This document shows, in pieces, positions 41,266-50,741 of a DNA stretch of 64,000 bases. The notes below the pieces were generated by a model. That model had not been told where the DNA came from. It worked only from the letters and a program-made list of their open reading frames with translations, and ran no database searches. Location: assembly GCA_963749495.1 (NCBI GenBank), contig CAVVMW010000012.1:352001-416000 (forward strand), read 5' to 3'. This stretch comes from an uncultured bacterium. Lineage in GTDB: Bacteria; Verrucomicrobiota; Verrucomicrobiia; Limisphaerales; UBA8199. Position 1 is the first letter of the stretch. Each line of letters starts with the position of its first letter. The translations under genes and the position numbers were made by a program.

Positions 41266-42464
41266 GCCAGACAATGTTCCAACCTGCTGAGCCGCTTCGG
41301 CCGCCGTCTTCGGCCTCGGGTGCCGGCGCCTCCGCCCGCGCCGCCGCCAAATTGCGCCATGCGGCGATGATCGCCGCAGTGCTGGTCGTTGTCGGCGCGG
41401 TTGCCGGCCTGGTCCCGCGCTGGCATCGCCGAGCGGCCGCGCGGGCCCAGTCCCTCGAACTGGCCGTCCAGAGCGTGAGCGTCGTCCGGCCTGCCCCGGG
41501 CAAGCCGGCCGCCGGCCTTGAGTTGGTCGCCGAGATCAAGCCGCTGCTCGAATCGCCTATCTACGCCCGCGCCAACGGCTACATCAAGCGGTGGCTCTTC
41601 GACATCGGGGCCCAGGTCAAGGAAGGGGAGTTGCTGGCGGAGATCGACACGCCGGAACTCAACCAGGAGTTGGCCCAGGCGCGCGCGCAACTCGGCCAGG
41701 CCCAGGCTGCGCTGGCCCTGGCCAGGATCACCGCGGCGCGCTGGGCGGAGTTGCTCAAGACCTCGAGTGTGAGCGAGCAGGAGGCCGCGGAAAAACAGGG
41801 CGACCTCGATATCAAGTCCGCCAACGTCCAGGCGGCCCAGGCCAACGTCCGCCGTCTCGAGGAATCCCAGGCCTTCCAAAATGTCCGGGCCCCCTTTGCC
41901 GGCGTCCTCACCGCCCGCAACATCGATCTCGGCGAATTGGTCACCGCCGGGACTGGGCGGGAACTCTTCCGGTTGGCGCAGACAGGCACCCTGCGGGTGT
42001 ATGTGCGCGTGCCTCAGACCCTGTCCGCCGGCATCGCCCCCGGCCAAAAGGCGGAATTGGCTATCCCCGAACTGCACGGCCGCGTCTTCCCCGGCAAGGT
42101 CGTCCGCACCTCCGGCGCCATGAGCGCCGATTCCCGCACCCTGCTGACCGAGGTGGAGGTGGATAATTCGCGCGGGGAGATCCTCGCCGGCACCTTCGCC
42201 CAGGTCCGCTTCACCGAGTTGAAATTGGACCCGCTGCTGACCTTGCCCTCCAACACGCTCCTCTTCCGCAAGGAGGGCACCCAGGTGGGCGTGGTCGGCC
42301 CGGATGGAAAGGTCGAGCTGCGCGCCGTGACCCTGGGACGCGATTTCGGCCAAACCATGGAGGTCCTCGTCGGCGTGAAGCCAACCGACCGCGTCATCCT
42401 GAACCCGCCCGATTCCTTGGTGAGCGGCGCCGTGGTGCGCGTGGCGGAGGAGACGATGAAGTGA
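41262..42464 (+). CDS. RND periplasmic adaptor (MFP)
   Basis: IYARANGY.....DIG..VK.G.LLAEIDTPEL, APFAGV.T.RN.D.G. Confidence 0.95.
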   Translation: MSQTMFQPAEPLRPPSSASGAGASARAAAKLRHAAMIAAVLVVVGAVAGLVPRWHRRAAARAQSLELAVQSVSVVRPAPGKPAAGLELVAEIKPLLESPIYARANGYIKRWLFDIGAQVKEGELLAEIDTPELNQELAQARAQLGQAQAALALARITAARWAELLKTSSVSEQEAAEKQGDLDIKSANVQAAQANVRRLEESQAFQNVRAPFAGVLTARNIDLGELVTAGTGRELFRLAQTGTLRVYVRVPQTLSAGIAPGQKAELAIPELHGRVFPGKVVRTSGAMSADSRTLLTEVEVDNSRGEILAGTFAQVRFTELKLDPLLTLPSNTLLFRKEGTQVGVVGPDGKVELRAVTLGRDFGQTMEVLVGVKPTDRVILNPPDSLVSGAVVRVAEETMK

Positions 42465-42480
42465 GGCTCGGGATGTTTAA

Positions 42481-43968
42481 TTGAAGATTGCAATTCTCAA
42501 TTTTCAATCCCTTCGCTCCCGGCTCGCCCTGGCCGCAGCCCTCCTCTTCGTCCTGGTTGCCGGCTGCAAGGTCGGGCCCGACTACCATCGTCCTGCGCCG
42601 CTCGGGACCAATGCCCTGCCGCCCGCCTTCTCGGCCCCGGCCCAGGGCACGAACACCACCGAGTGGAAACCGGCCGCCCCGGCCGCGCATCTGCCTCGAG
42701 GCGCGTGGTGGCGGGTGTTCGAGGACCAGGAGTTGAATCGCCTGGAGGCGCTGGCCGGGCTCCACAACCAGGCACTGGCCGCCGCCGTGGCCCGGTTCGA
42801 TCAGGCGCGGGCCTCGGTGAACATTGCGCGGGCCGACCTCTTCCCGCAAATCCAGGTCGATCCGAGCTACACGCGCCAGCGCACCAGTTTCAACGAGCCC
42901 CAAAACGGCAAGGCGGCCTTGATCAGCCCCACCTTCAACACCTTTACCGCGCTCCTGCAGGCCGGCTGGGAGGCCGATGTCTGGGGCAGGGTCCGCCGCC
43001 GGGTCGAGTCGGCCCGCGCGAGCCTGGCCGCCGGCGCCGACGACCTCCAAGCCGTCACGCTGGCCGTGCAGGCGGAACTGGCCGCCGACTATTTCACCTT
43101 GCGCGCCCTCGATGCCGAGGCGGACCTGCTGGACAGGACCGTCGAGACTTACCGCCGCTCCCTTGAACTGGTCGTCAACCGCCGCAAGGGCGGCGTTGTC
43201 AGCGACCTCGACGTGGCCCAGGCCCAGACTCAGCTCCGGAGTGCCGAAGCGGAGGTGCCCGTGCTCCGGCTACAGCGCGCCCGGCTGCTCCACGCCATCG
43301 CCACTCTCTGCGGCCAGGCGCCGACCGGCTTTGTCCTGGCTGCCGTCAATGGCGCCCCCGCCCCACCGCCCGCCGTGCTGCCGGCCCTGCCCAGCGAACT
43401 GCTCGAACGCCGGCCCGATGTCGCCGCCGCCGAGCAGCGCATGGCCGCCGCTAACGCTCAAATCGGCGTTGCCCTGGGTGCCTTCTATCCCCATCTCCGC
43501 TTCGACGGCCTGGCTGGTTTCCAATCCGTTTCCGCCTCGACCTGGTTCGATTGGCCCAGCCGGTTCTGGTCCGTCGGCCCGACGGTGCAACTGCCCATCT
43601 TCACGGGCGGGCGGAATCGCGCCGGGCTGGCACTGTCCCGGGCAGTTTATGATGAGACCCTGGCCGGCTATCGCCAGACCGTCCTGGCCGCCTTCCAGGA
43701 GGTCGAAGACCAGATTGCCGCGCAGCGGTTGCTCGAGGCGCAACTGGAGGCCGAGACCGCCGCGATGGAGTCCGCCCAGCGCGCCCTCGAAATCGCCAAC
43801 AACAGCTACAGGCTCGGCCGCGTTACCTACCTCGAGGTCGCCGTCGCCCAGTCCTCCGCCCTGGCCATCGAGCGCGCCGTCGTTCAACTCCGCGGCGAAA
43901 AACTCGCCGCCGCCGTCGGACTCATCAAGGCCATCGGCGGAGGATGGGAGACCGCCGCTCACAATTGA
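42481..43968 (+). CDS. NodT-family outer-membrane efflux lipoprotein (start uncertain; first codons are heptamer repeat)
   Basis: LVAGCKVGPDY, WE.D.WGRVRR, PSELLERRPDVAAAE, L.KA.GGGW. Confidence 0.95.
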   Translation: MKIAILNFQSLRSRLALAAALLFVLVAGCKVGPDYHRPAPLGTNALPPAFSAPAQGTNTTEWKPAAPAAHLPRGAWWRVFEDQELNRLEALAGLHNQALAAAVARFDQARASVNIARADLFPQIQVDPSYTRQRTSFNEPQNGKAALISPTFNTFTALLQAGWEADVWGRVRRRVESARASLAAGADDLQAVTLAVQAELAADYFTLRALDAEADLLDRTVETYRRSLELVVNRRKGGVVSDLDVAQAQTQLRSAEAEVPVLRLQRARLLHAIATLCGQAPTGFVLAAVNGAPAPPPAVLPALPSELLERRPDVAAAEQRMAAANAQIGVALGAFYPHLRFDGLAGFQSVSASTWFDWPSRFWSVGPTVQLPIFTGGRNRAGLALSRAVYDETLAGYRQTVLAAFQEVEDQIAAQRLLEAQLEAETAAMESAQRALEIANNSYRLGRVTYLEVAVAQSSALAIERAVVQLRGEKLAAAVGLIKAIGGGWETAAHN

Positions 43969-43971
43969 ATT

Positions 43972-45762
43972 CTACTGCGTAAGGACTCTATAGAAGCCAA
44001 TCGGGGCTCCGTTCGACTCGCTGTCCACGAACTGGAAATTCCCGCCCCCGGTGTCCTCAGCCGTGCCGATGTCCTCCCACACCACGAGGTCGGCTGAGGC
44101 CTGGATGGTGTAAGTCCTAGCCTCGTTTCCCGAGAATTGAAGAACCGCCTCTCCATAGTCGAATTGGACGGTGAGGTCCTGCACAGGCACCGGCAGAATG
44201 GAGTAGAGGTCTGGAATTCTGTGGCTGCGATAGGCATAATAGCCCATGAAGACCGGGTCGCTGTTATTGTAATCGAAGAACGCCAGATCGAACACGACCT
44301 CGGGATCGGCATCATGGGTCACCTCCTTGATCCGAAGCATGGTCGCGCCGGGTGCCGCAAGACTGGGCGGGATTCCATTCTCGTAAAGGGTGTTGGAGAA
44401 GGTGATCAGCACATTCCCTGTGCGGGGAAGCCAATCCGCGTTTCCCGCGCGGTCCGTGTAAAGCCGATCCGCATTGGTCCTGCCGTAGTCCCACACTTGC
44501 GTTACCTCCATGCTCTGCTCGTCAATGGAATACTCGACGGCTCGGCTGTAGTTGTCGGCATCCGCAACAGCCGGGTCAAAAGGGCTGGCCCTGAAGTTGC
44601 CATCGTCAAATGCCAACAGGGTGCCTTGAGGAGTGATGACAGGGGCATGCTGCCCGTAATTCCACACGAAGGGCGAGCCCACAGGCGTCAAGAGGTACGG
44701 TTGAAACCCGGCATCCCAGTTCTCGTGCGGACCGAGAATCCACTTGAGCTGTCCGTCGCGCGAGAACTTGATAACCGCATCCTGGTGGCGCATCGAGACA
44801 ATGAGTGAATTATCGCTGGGGTCTTCAATCACGGCGTTGGCGTGCTCGCAGTCAATATCGCCCAGCGAGAAGGTGAGATAATCAATCCGTGTGGGTTGCA
44901 GCATGTCGATCAGAGACCAGTCGCCCAGGAGCATGCCGTTTGTAGCCGACATCTCGATGATGTCATTGCACAGCACGTAGGCGTTGATTAGGGGAGCGTT
45001 CGGATTGGTCGAGCTGCTCGGAAAGTTCGGCACGAGCTGGTCCTGGTCGTTTATGTAGAGGATAGTGTCGTGCGGTGTTGGCACACCGTCGTGAAAGTCG
45101 ATGGATAATCCATCCGGCGCCTCCCAACTGTTGACCGTTTCGCCCAGCATGTTGATCTCCACGAAGCTCATAGTCAGGGGGACGAAGAGGTCCCCATTGG
45201 AAAGCTGGCGGACATCCAAAGTTGATGCGACGCCGCTATACCAGACGACCTCGCCGGCATTATCCACGATGGTCAGATACGCAGCGTCGTCATTGTAGTT
45301 CTGGAGACGGAACAAGGTGTATCCGGGCTTCATCTTGTCAGGCTGGCTTGCCAGCAAGACGCTCGGGGGAAAGTCGTCCGGCAGCGGGCCGGTGACGAAG
45401 AGCAACGGCTGGGAGGCGGTGACAGCATTCCGATACCGGTCGTGGACAGTGACTGTGATGGCATTCGTTCGGCCGGGCTTGAAACCCAGCAACGGCAGGG
45501 AATGCGCCGTGCCATAATCATAGAAGTTCCGCTGCCAGGTGTTCGTGCCTTCGGTTACCGACACGCTCACCCTGGAGTCAACATCTGTGCTTAGCTGCAA
45601 GACCCCGGCAAGCGGCGCGCTCTCGGCTGGGCTGAAAGACGGCCCCGTTGTGATCGTCAAGGCATGTGCGCACAAGGGCACATTGATGAGGCTGGCAAGC
45701 ACGGCGGACAGCGCAGACCGGCGCAACGATAACTGAGTTGACGGTGCTTTGAATAACATCAT
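43972..45762 (-). CDS. Arylsulfate sulfotransferase (ASST)-like exported protein with C-terminal FYR domain
   Basis: APLAGVL N-domain, FHD, HANA, SMRHQD, YGQHAP, FDDGN.R, YSRAVEY.IDE. Confidence 0.88.
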   Translation of the reverse strand: MMLFKAPSTQLSLRRSALSAVLASLINVPLCAHALTITTGPSFSPAESAPLAGVLQLSTDVDSRVSVSVTEGTNTWQRNFYDYGTAHSLPLLGFKPGRTNAITVTVHDRYRNAVTASQPLLFVTGPLPDDFPPSVLLASQPDKMKPGYTLFRLQNYNDDAAYLTIVDNAGEVVWYSGVASTLDVRQLSNGDLFVPLTMSFVEINMLGETVNSWEAPDGLSIDFHDGVPTPHDTILYINDQDQLVPNFPSSSTNPNAPLINAYVLCNDIIEMSATNGMLLGDWSLIDMLQPTRIDYLTFSLGDIDCEHANAVIEDPSDNSLIVSMRHQDAVIKFSRDGQLKWILGPHENWDAGFQPYLLTPVGSPFVWNYGQHAPVITPQGTLLAFDDGNFRASPFDPAVADADNYSRAVEYSIDEQSMEVTQVWDYGRTNADRLYTDRAGNADWLPRTGNVLITFSNTLYENGIPPSLAAPGATMLRIKEVTHDADPEVVFDLAFFDYNNSDPVFMGYYAYRSHRIPDLYSILPVPVQDLTVQFDYGEAVLQFSGNEARTYTIQASADLVVWEDIGTAEDTGGGNFQFVDSESNGAPIGFYRVLTQ

Positions 45763-45814
45763 GATGCCCTGTCCTCTCGGCCGCTGAAATCCAAGCGTCG
45801 TTTATGGCCTGTGA

Positions 45815-45830
45815 GCAAGCAGTGTGCCAA
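45815..45830 (-). promoter_or_regulatory. Sigma54 -24/-12 promoter
   Basis: TTGGCAC-ACTGC-TTGC, exact consensus, about 53 nt upstream of the start at 45762. Confidence 0.85.
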
Positions 45831-46020
45831 CGCCCGGAAGCTTAGGATCTTCCCAGCCCTCCTCCGGGAGCGACTCAGGGACTGTGCGTCTGGCAGCCAG
45901 TGGGATTCGGGGAATAGTTCCCCGAGGTGGGAAAGGGTTCCCAATTGAGTTAACTTGGTAATTCACAGCGCGGTGGGCAAGTCGGTGCCGGCCGCCCGTT
46001 GCGGCAAGCCGCCGGGCCTT

Positions 46021-48507
46021 TCAAGGAATCCGCAGGCGGTAGAACTGCTGGGAAAAGTTGGTGGCGCCATTATCGATGAAAAGTGCCGTGCCGTTGGTCA
46101 GCGGGACAGTCTGCAAGTCCTCCCACGTTGAGAGGTTCGTGGATCCCAGTACCGTAACCGTCGAAGCGCCCGGGGCTGTCACTGAAAACTGGATGCGTCC
46201 ATCCGGCAGAGGCGCGAGCGAGCCGGGAGTGACCGCCGGCGGATCGACTATGCTGAAGGGCTGGGCGGAGGTCGTTGACAGGGCGCTGTTCGTAACGCTC
46301 GTGATTTGGATAGTGTAATCGCTGCCGGTTGTCAGGTTTGGCGGGACCGGCCATCGATAGGCCCCCGCGAAGGGTGCGTTCGTCGTGATGTTCACGACCA
46401 AGACGCCCCCTTTGTAGAGGTCAATCCGGACGCTTTCGGCCAGATTGTCTTTCCACTGAATGAAGTAGGAAAGGCCTCGCCTCCAGGCTTCACCGCCGTC
46501 GGGGACCGTCACCTGCACAAACGGAGCCGCCGTCTGGAAGGAGCCGACTGCCCAGGGGCCGGTGCCGCCGTCGTTGACGGTCCTCACTCGGTAATAGTAA
46601 GTCGTGGCCGGGGCGGCATTGCTCCAGACATAAAAGGCATCAGTCTGCTGCTCCACGTCCACCACCGGGTCCGCAAAATCCTGGTTGGTGTCCACCTGGA
46701 GCAAGTAATAGGCGGCAAAGCCCCGCGGCGACCAGGAAAGGGAAATGGGCCGCTGCTGGTTCACGCTGTAAACCATGCCCGTCGTCGCCGCGGCCGGCGC
46801 GATGACGTCGTAAGGCTGAACCCCGCGGTAGTTTTCCACCGCGTTCAGGATCGGCGGGAACGGCACTTCGGCGATATCAGGGTAGCCGAAGATTATCTCG
46901 CCAAGGTCGCTGCCCGAGGGGGTCAGGTTCAGAGAAGCAACCAGTTTGCCGGTGACGGGGTTATAATAGCTGTTATTGATCTGCGGTGCGAACAGGCCCT
47001 GGCCGGTGGTGCTGCGGTAGTAAACCGTCAGGTTGGTCGGGTTGTCAAAGCCGAAGGTGGCCACATCGAACTGGAAATCGGCGCCGAGGGTTTTGATAGA
47101 TGTTTGCGCCAGGGAGACGCGCGCGGGGAAAACGCGCGGCGGCTTGCCGTCGAACACAGGATAAACGGGAGCAAAAGCCTCACGGGTGACGGTCATCGAA
47201 TTGTATCCGACTCCGCCGCCGGAGGTCACGGTAAATGAAACGCCGGCCGGGCCGAAGTCGTAGGTGTTTCCAAGCGCTATCTCGGCCGCGGGGACAGTGA
47301 TCGCCTCGGCCTGTGGCGGGTAGGGGAACCGGAAGGCACGGTAGCTGGCGGCGTTGGTGTTGTTGAACCACATTTGGAACACCACGCTGCCGGAAGGATC
47401 CACCTCGGTGATGGCTGGGACCTGGTGATCGACGGGGGGGGCGCCAATGCCCTCCACGGGGCCGCCCGAACCCCATCCGATGACGGTATCGCCGTTGGGC
47501 ATGCGCTGGGCACTGCCCGCGTTCCAACTGTAAACAGGAGGATCGGGCGAGTAACTCCAGATCAGTTTGGCGGTCAGATTAACTTCATCAGTTTGGTATT
47601 CGTACACTTTTGAAGAGCGCGTGGCCGCGAGGTCGCCGTCGCAAAAGAGAAGAATGTCGCCGTTGGGGAGGCGATTCACGTCATGACAGGCGAAGTGAGG
47701 CGCCGCCACCTGCGGCTCTTCGTTCAGGAACTGAAATTGGCCAAAAGGGCCGCCCAACACCCACATGACATCGCCGGTTTGACGGTTGATCTTCTCCACG
47801 TCAAAGGGGACATTCGAGATCAGCAGATTCCCGTCGGTATCCAGGGTGACCGTATTGACGTGGAAGGCGATCTGGACGGGATTCACCGGGCTGAACAGAG
47901 GGACAAGCCTGGCCGGACTGAACGCGTAATGATCCCAGGCGCGCCATTGCCACACCACGTTGCGGTGAGAGTCCAACTCCTGAATGCAGGCTCCCGAGAC
48001 CAGCGCGCTGGGCCAACCGCCCGGAATGAACTTGCTCAAGTCCATCTGCGTGTCATAGTAACTGAGCACTAGGGCGTTCCCGTTGGGCAACATCTGGAAA
48101 TCGTGGCCTTCCGCAACATAGCCGTTGCCAGCGTCGATCGTCTCGACGAGGTTGTAACTGTTGTCCAGAATCCGATGATGAACCTCGGTAGCAGCCGTGG
48201 AGGTAAAATCGAAGAGATCAGCATGGTGCAAGAAGCCGTTTGGCAGTTGCTTGAAATCCATACTGCCTAGCGGGGCCAGACCCGCTACCGGCGTGTTCTC
48301 ATACCAGAACGGTGTGCCGTCGTTCTTGAGCATCATGACGTAGCTGGCGGCAAGAAAAATGTAGCCGTCAGCCACCGCATTGGTTTGGTGTGTCGTGACC
48401 GTGAACGTCGGAAAATCCGCCGGCAGTTGGGCCTTGGCGGCGTTGGGCGCTATGCCGATGCACGCCAGAACTCCGGCGCACAAGCAGAACCTCTGTTTGA
48501 TTCTCAT
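46021..48507 (-). CDS. ASST-like exported protein with FN3/Ig-like domains and C-terminal FYR domain
   Basis: HDFQMLPNGN, W.WRAWDH, HVN...D.DGNLLIS, GSAQRMPNG.T.IGWG, SYRAFRF. Confidence 0.85.
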   Translation of the reverse strand: MRIKQRFCLCAGVLACIGIAPNAAKAQLPADFPTFTVTTHQTNAVADGYIFLAASYVMMLKNDGTPFWYENTPVAGLAPLGSMDFKQLPNGFLHHADLFDFTSTAATEVHHRILDNSYNLVETIDAGNGYVAEGHDFQMLPNGNALVLSYYDTQMDLSKFIPGGWPSALVSGACIQELDSHRNVVWQWRAWDHYAFSPARLVPLFSPVNPVQIAFHVNTVTLDTDGNLLISNVPFDVEKINRQTGDVMWVLGGPFGQFQFLNEEPQVAAPHFACHDVNRLPNGDILLFCDGDLAATRSSKVYEYQTDEVNLTAKLIWSYSPDPPVYSWNAGSAQRMPNGDTVIGWGSGGPVEGIGAPPVDHQVPAITEVDPSGSVVFQMWFNNTNAASYRAFRFPYPPQAEAITVPAAEIALGNTYDFGPAGVSFTVTSGGGVGYNSMTVTREAFAPVYPVFDGKPPRVFPARVSLAQTSIKTLGADFQFDVATFGFDNPTNLTVYYRSTTGQGLFAPQINNSYYNPVTGKLVASLNLTPSGSDLGEIIFGYPDIAEVPFPPILNAVENYRGVQPYDVIAPAAATTGMVYSVNQQRPISLSWSPRGFAAYYLLQVDTNQDFADPVVDVEQQTDAFYVWSNAAPATTYYYRVRTVNDGGTGPWAVGSFQTAAPFVQVTVPDGGEAWRRGLSYFIQWKDNLAESVRIDLYKGGVLVVNITTNAPFAGAYRWPVPPNLTTGSDYTIQITSVTNSALSTTSAQPFSIVDPPAVTPGSLAPLPDGRIQFSVTAPGASTVTVLGSTNLSTWEDLQTVPLTNGTALFIDNGATNFSQQFYRLRIP

Positions 48508-48575
48508 AGTTACTCTTTCTTTCCTAATGATCTTTCGGATTCTCGTTTTTATGAAATTCCTGGAAATGGGTCTGT

Positions 48576-49052
48576 TTATGATCGAGTGGCCTTCCCGCCC
48601 GCCGGCAGGTAATGGAAGGCAGAGCGGCGGCCCATCATGCGCGCCAAGCGCACCTCCGGGCTTTCCGCGAGCACGACGCGCAACATCGCAAGCAGTTTTG
48701 GGTAGTCGAGCGGCTTTTCCAAAAGGGCGGAAACGCCCGCGGCAACTGAAGTGAAGAGCGCGTCAGGCCGGGCCGTGATGATGATCACTGGGAGCAACGG
48801 GTTGTTCGAGGTGAGCTTCTCGAACGTGTCCCAGCCGCCCTGGCCAGGCATGTTCAAGTCGAGCAATACCATGTCGAGAGAGTTGGAGGCCGCGATTGCG
48901 ATTGCCCCTGGACCGTTCGATGCGGACAAGACCCGATACCCTTCCTCCGCCAGGACGCGCCCAATCACCTCGCGCACCGATGGGTCGTCATCCACAAGCA
49001 GGATGGTTTTGGGGATTGCACGGGGGGCCGTGGTTTTAGTTTTGGAGGTCAT
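48576..49052 (-). CDS. Single-domain response regulator
   Basis: ILLVDDD, LLDLNMP, IIITA, EKP. Confidence 0.93.
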   Translation of the reverse strand: MTSKTKTTAPRAIPKTILLVDDDPSVREVIGRVLAEEGYRVLSASNGPGAIAIAASNSLDMVLLDLNMPGQGGWDTFEKLTSNNPLLPVIIITARPDALFTSVAAGVSALLEKPLDYPKLLAMLRVVLAESPEVRLARMMGRRSAFHYLPAGGKATRS

Positions 49053-49225
49053 TGCTGGGCCCCTTTGGGCGGCGGCTGCCTGCCACGGGCAAGGACGGAC
49101 GTCCTGAAGCGGGGATTGGCCGCGGCTCGGGTCCGTTCCGCTCGCGTTTCACCCGGCTTGCAGTCGACAATATCGGCCAGATCACATTATCGGCCAGATC
49201 ATCGTCATGCACGGCATCAGCCCCT

Positions 49226-49241
49226 AGCGTCTGGCGTGCCA
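49226..49241 (-). promoter_or_regulatory. Possible sigma54 promoter
   Basis: TGGCAC-GCCAG-ACGCT (GG-N10-GC), about 175 nt upstream of the response regulator. Confidence 0.5.
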
Positions 49242-49361
49242 TGTTGTGCATAGTTCTTGCGGGGGCTTGTTTTCCGATGAGTTTGCTGGTTGACTGAGCC
49301 TAGTTGTTGCCTTTTGTGGCTAGCCAGTATGCTCAACTGAATAGTCGCTAACCATCTGATT

Positions 49362-50741
49362 ATGCGAAATCGCGTCCAACGAAGATTGACGGGCCTCGTC
49401 GCCACCATCGTGCTGGCGGGGTTGGGCATCGCCTTTTTGACCGTGAAACTGCAGTCGTATTCGGGAGAGTTGCGCGCACGTTTGGACCAGGTGGACTCGG
49501 AGAGCTTCCTCGTTGCGGACCAGTTCGGCGATTCTCTGCGCAGACTAAACGAATCGCTCTATCATTTCGGCCGGTCCCATGTGGCCCATGATGTGGATGC
49601 CTTCAACGAGGCGAGCAGGCAATTGGACCGTTGGATTAAAACGCAAAAGATGATGCTGACCACCGAGCAGGAGAGAGTGCTCATGCGTCAGATTGACGCC
49701 GCCTATCACGACTATTTGCACGTGGCCGAGCAACTGCTGGTCCGGCTGGTGGCCCTCGGTGAGGCCAGCGCGACGATGGATGAATACACCGACTTGAGGA
49801 CGGAGTCGCAGCGCCTGCACGCTCTCTGCAAGAGCCTCAGCCGGGCGCATGTGGCCTCCAGAGACCAGGTGCTGACCAGGGCAGGTGGGGTGATCGCTCG
49901 ATTACGCGTCCTCATGCTCGTCTCACTCGGGCTGCTGTTCGGCTTTGCTGTGGCCTTGGGCGCCGTGGTTTACCGCGACATGATTGTCCCGTTGCGCCTC
50001 AAGTTGGTCGAAAGCGAGAGCCTGCGCGAGCGCCAGGAGAAACTCGCCTCGCTGGGCGTGCTGGCGGCCGGCGTCGCGCATGAAATCCGCAACCCGCTGA
50101 CGGCCATCAAAGGCGCGATGTTTCTCCAGCAAAAAAAATGTCAACCCGGGACCCAGGAGGCAGCCGACGCCAAGGTCATCAACCGCGAAATTCTGCGGCT
50201 CGAGCGCATCGTGAATGATTTCCTGCTTTTCGCGCGCCCTGGCGATTCCAAGCTCGCGCGCGTGACTGCGGACGCGCCCTTGCGTGAAGTTCATGCTCTG
50301 CTGGCGCCGCAACTGGCCAATTGCAATATCCAGCTTATCCGTGAAGAAGCACCGCCGCTTTGCTTCGCCGCAGACGAGCAGCAGATCAAGCAGGTGCTGA
50401 TCAACCTCGTTCGCAACGCCGCCGAGGCCATCGACCGGAATGGCGTGGTCAAGTTGCGCGCGCGCTCCGATCGCCGACGGCTTGGAGGCCTGGAAACCAG
50501 CGTCGTCATTCTGGAAGTGGAGGACAACGGCAAGGGGATTCCTCCGGAGGTTCAAAAGCGGCTCTTCGATCCCTTCTTCACGACCAAACCCACCGGGACG
50601 GGACTTGGCTTGTCCATCGCGGCGCGCATTGTGCAAAGCCATGGGGGCCTCCTGGAATATCAGACGGCGCCGGGTCTCGGCACGACGTTCGGGGTTGTCT
50701 TGCCGGCCTCGGTGGGCCACAATGGGCCGCATGGAGACTGA
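49362..50741 (+). CDS. Membrane sensor histidine kinase (NtrB-like)
   Basis: Two TM segments; AHEIRNPL, NLVRNA, DNGKGI, PFFTTK..GTGLGL. Confidence 0.96.
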   Translation: MRNRVQRRLTGLVATIVLAGLGIAFLTVKLQSYSGELRARLDQVDSESFLVADQFGDSLRRLNESLYHFGRSHVAHDVDAFNEASRQLDRWIKTQKMMLTTEQERVLMRQIDAAYHDYLHVAEQLLVRLVALGEASATMDEYTDLRTESQRLHALCKSLSRAHVASRDQVLTRAGGVIARLRVLMLVSLGLLFGFAVALGAVVYRDMIVPLRLKLVESESLRERQEKLASLGVLAAGVAHEIRNPLTAIKGAMFLQQKKCQPGTQEAADAKVINREILRLERIVNDFLLFARPGDSKLARVTADAPLREVHALLAPQLANCNIQLIREEAPPLCFAADEQQIKQVLINLVRNAAEAIDRNGVVKLRARSDRRRLGGLETSVVILEVEDNGKGIPPEVQKRLFDPFFTTKPTGTGLGLSIAARIVQSHGGLLEYQTAPGLGTTFGVVLPASVGHNGPHGD

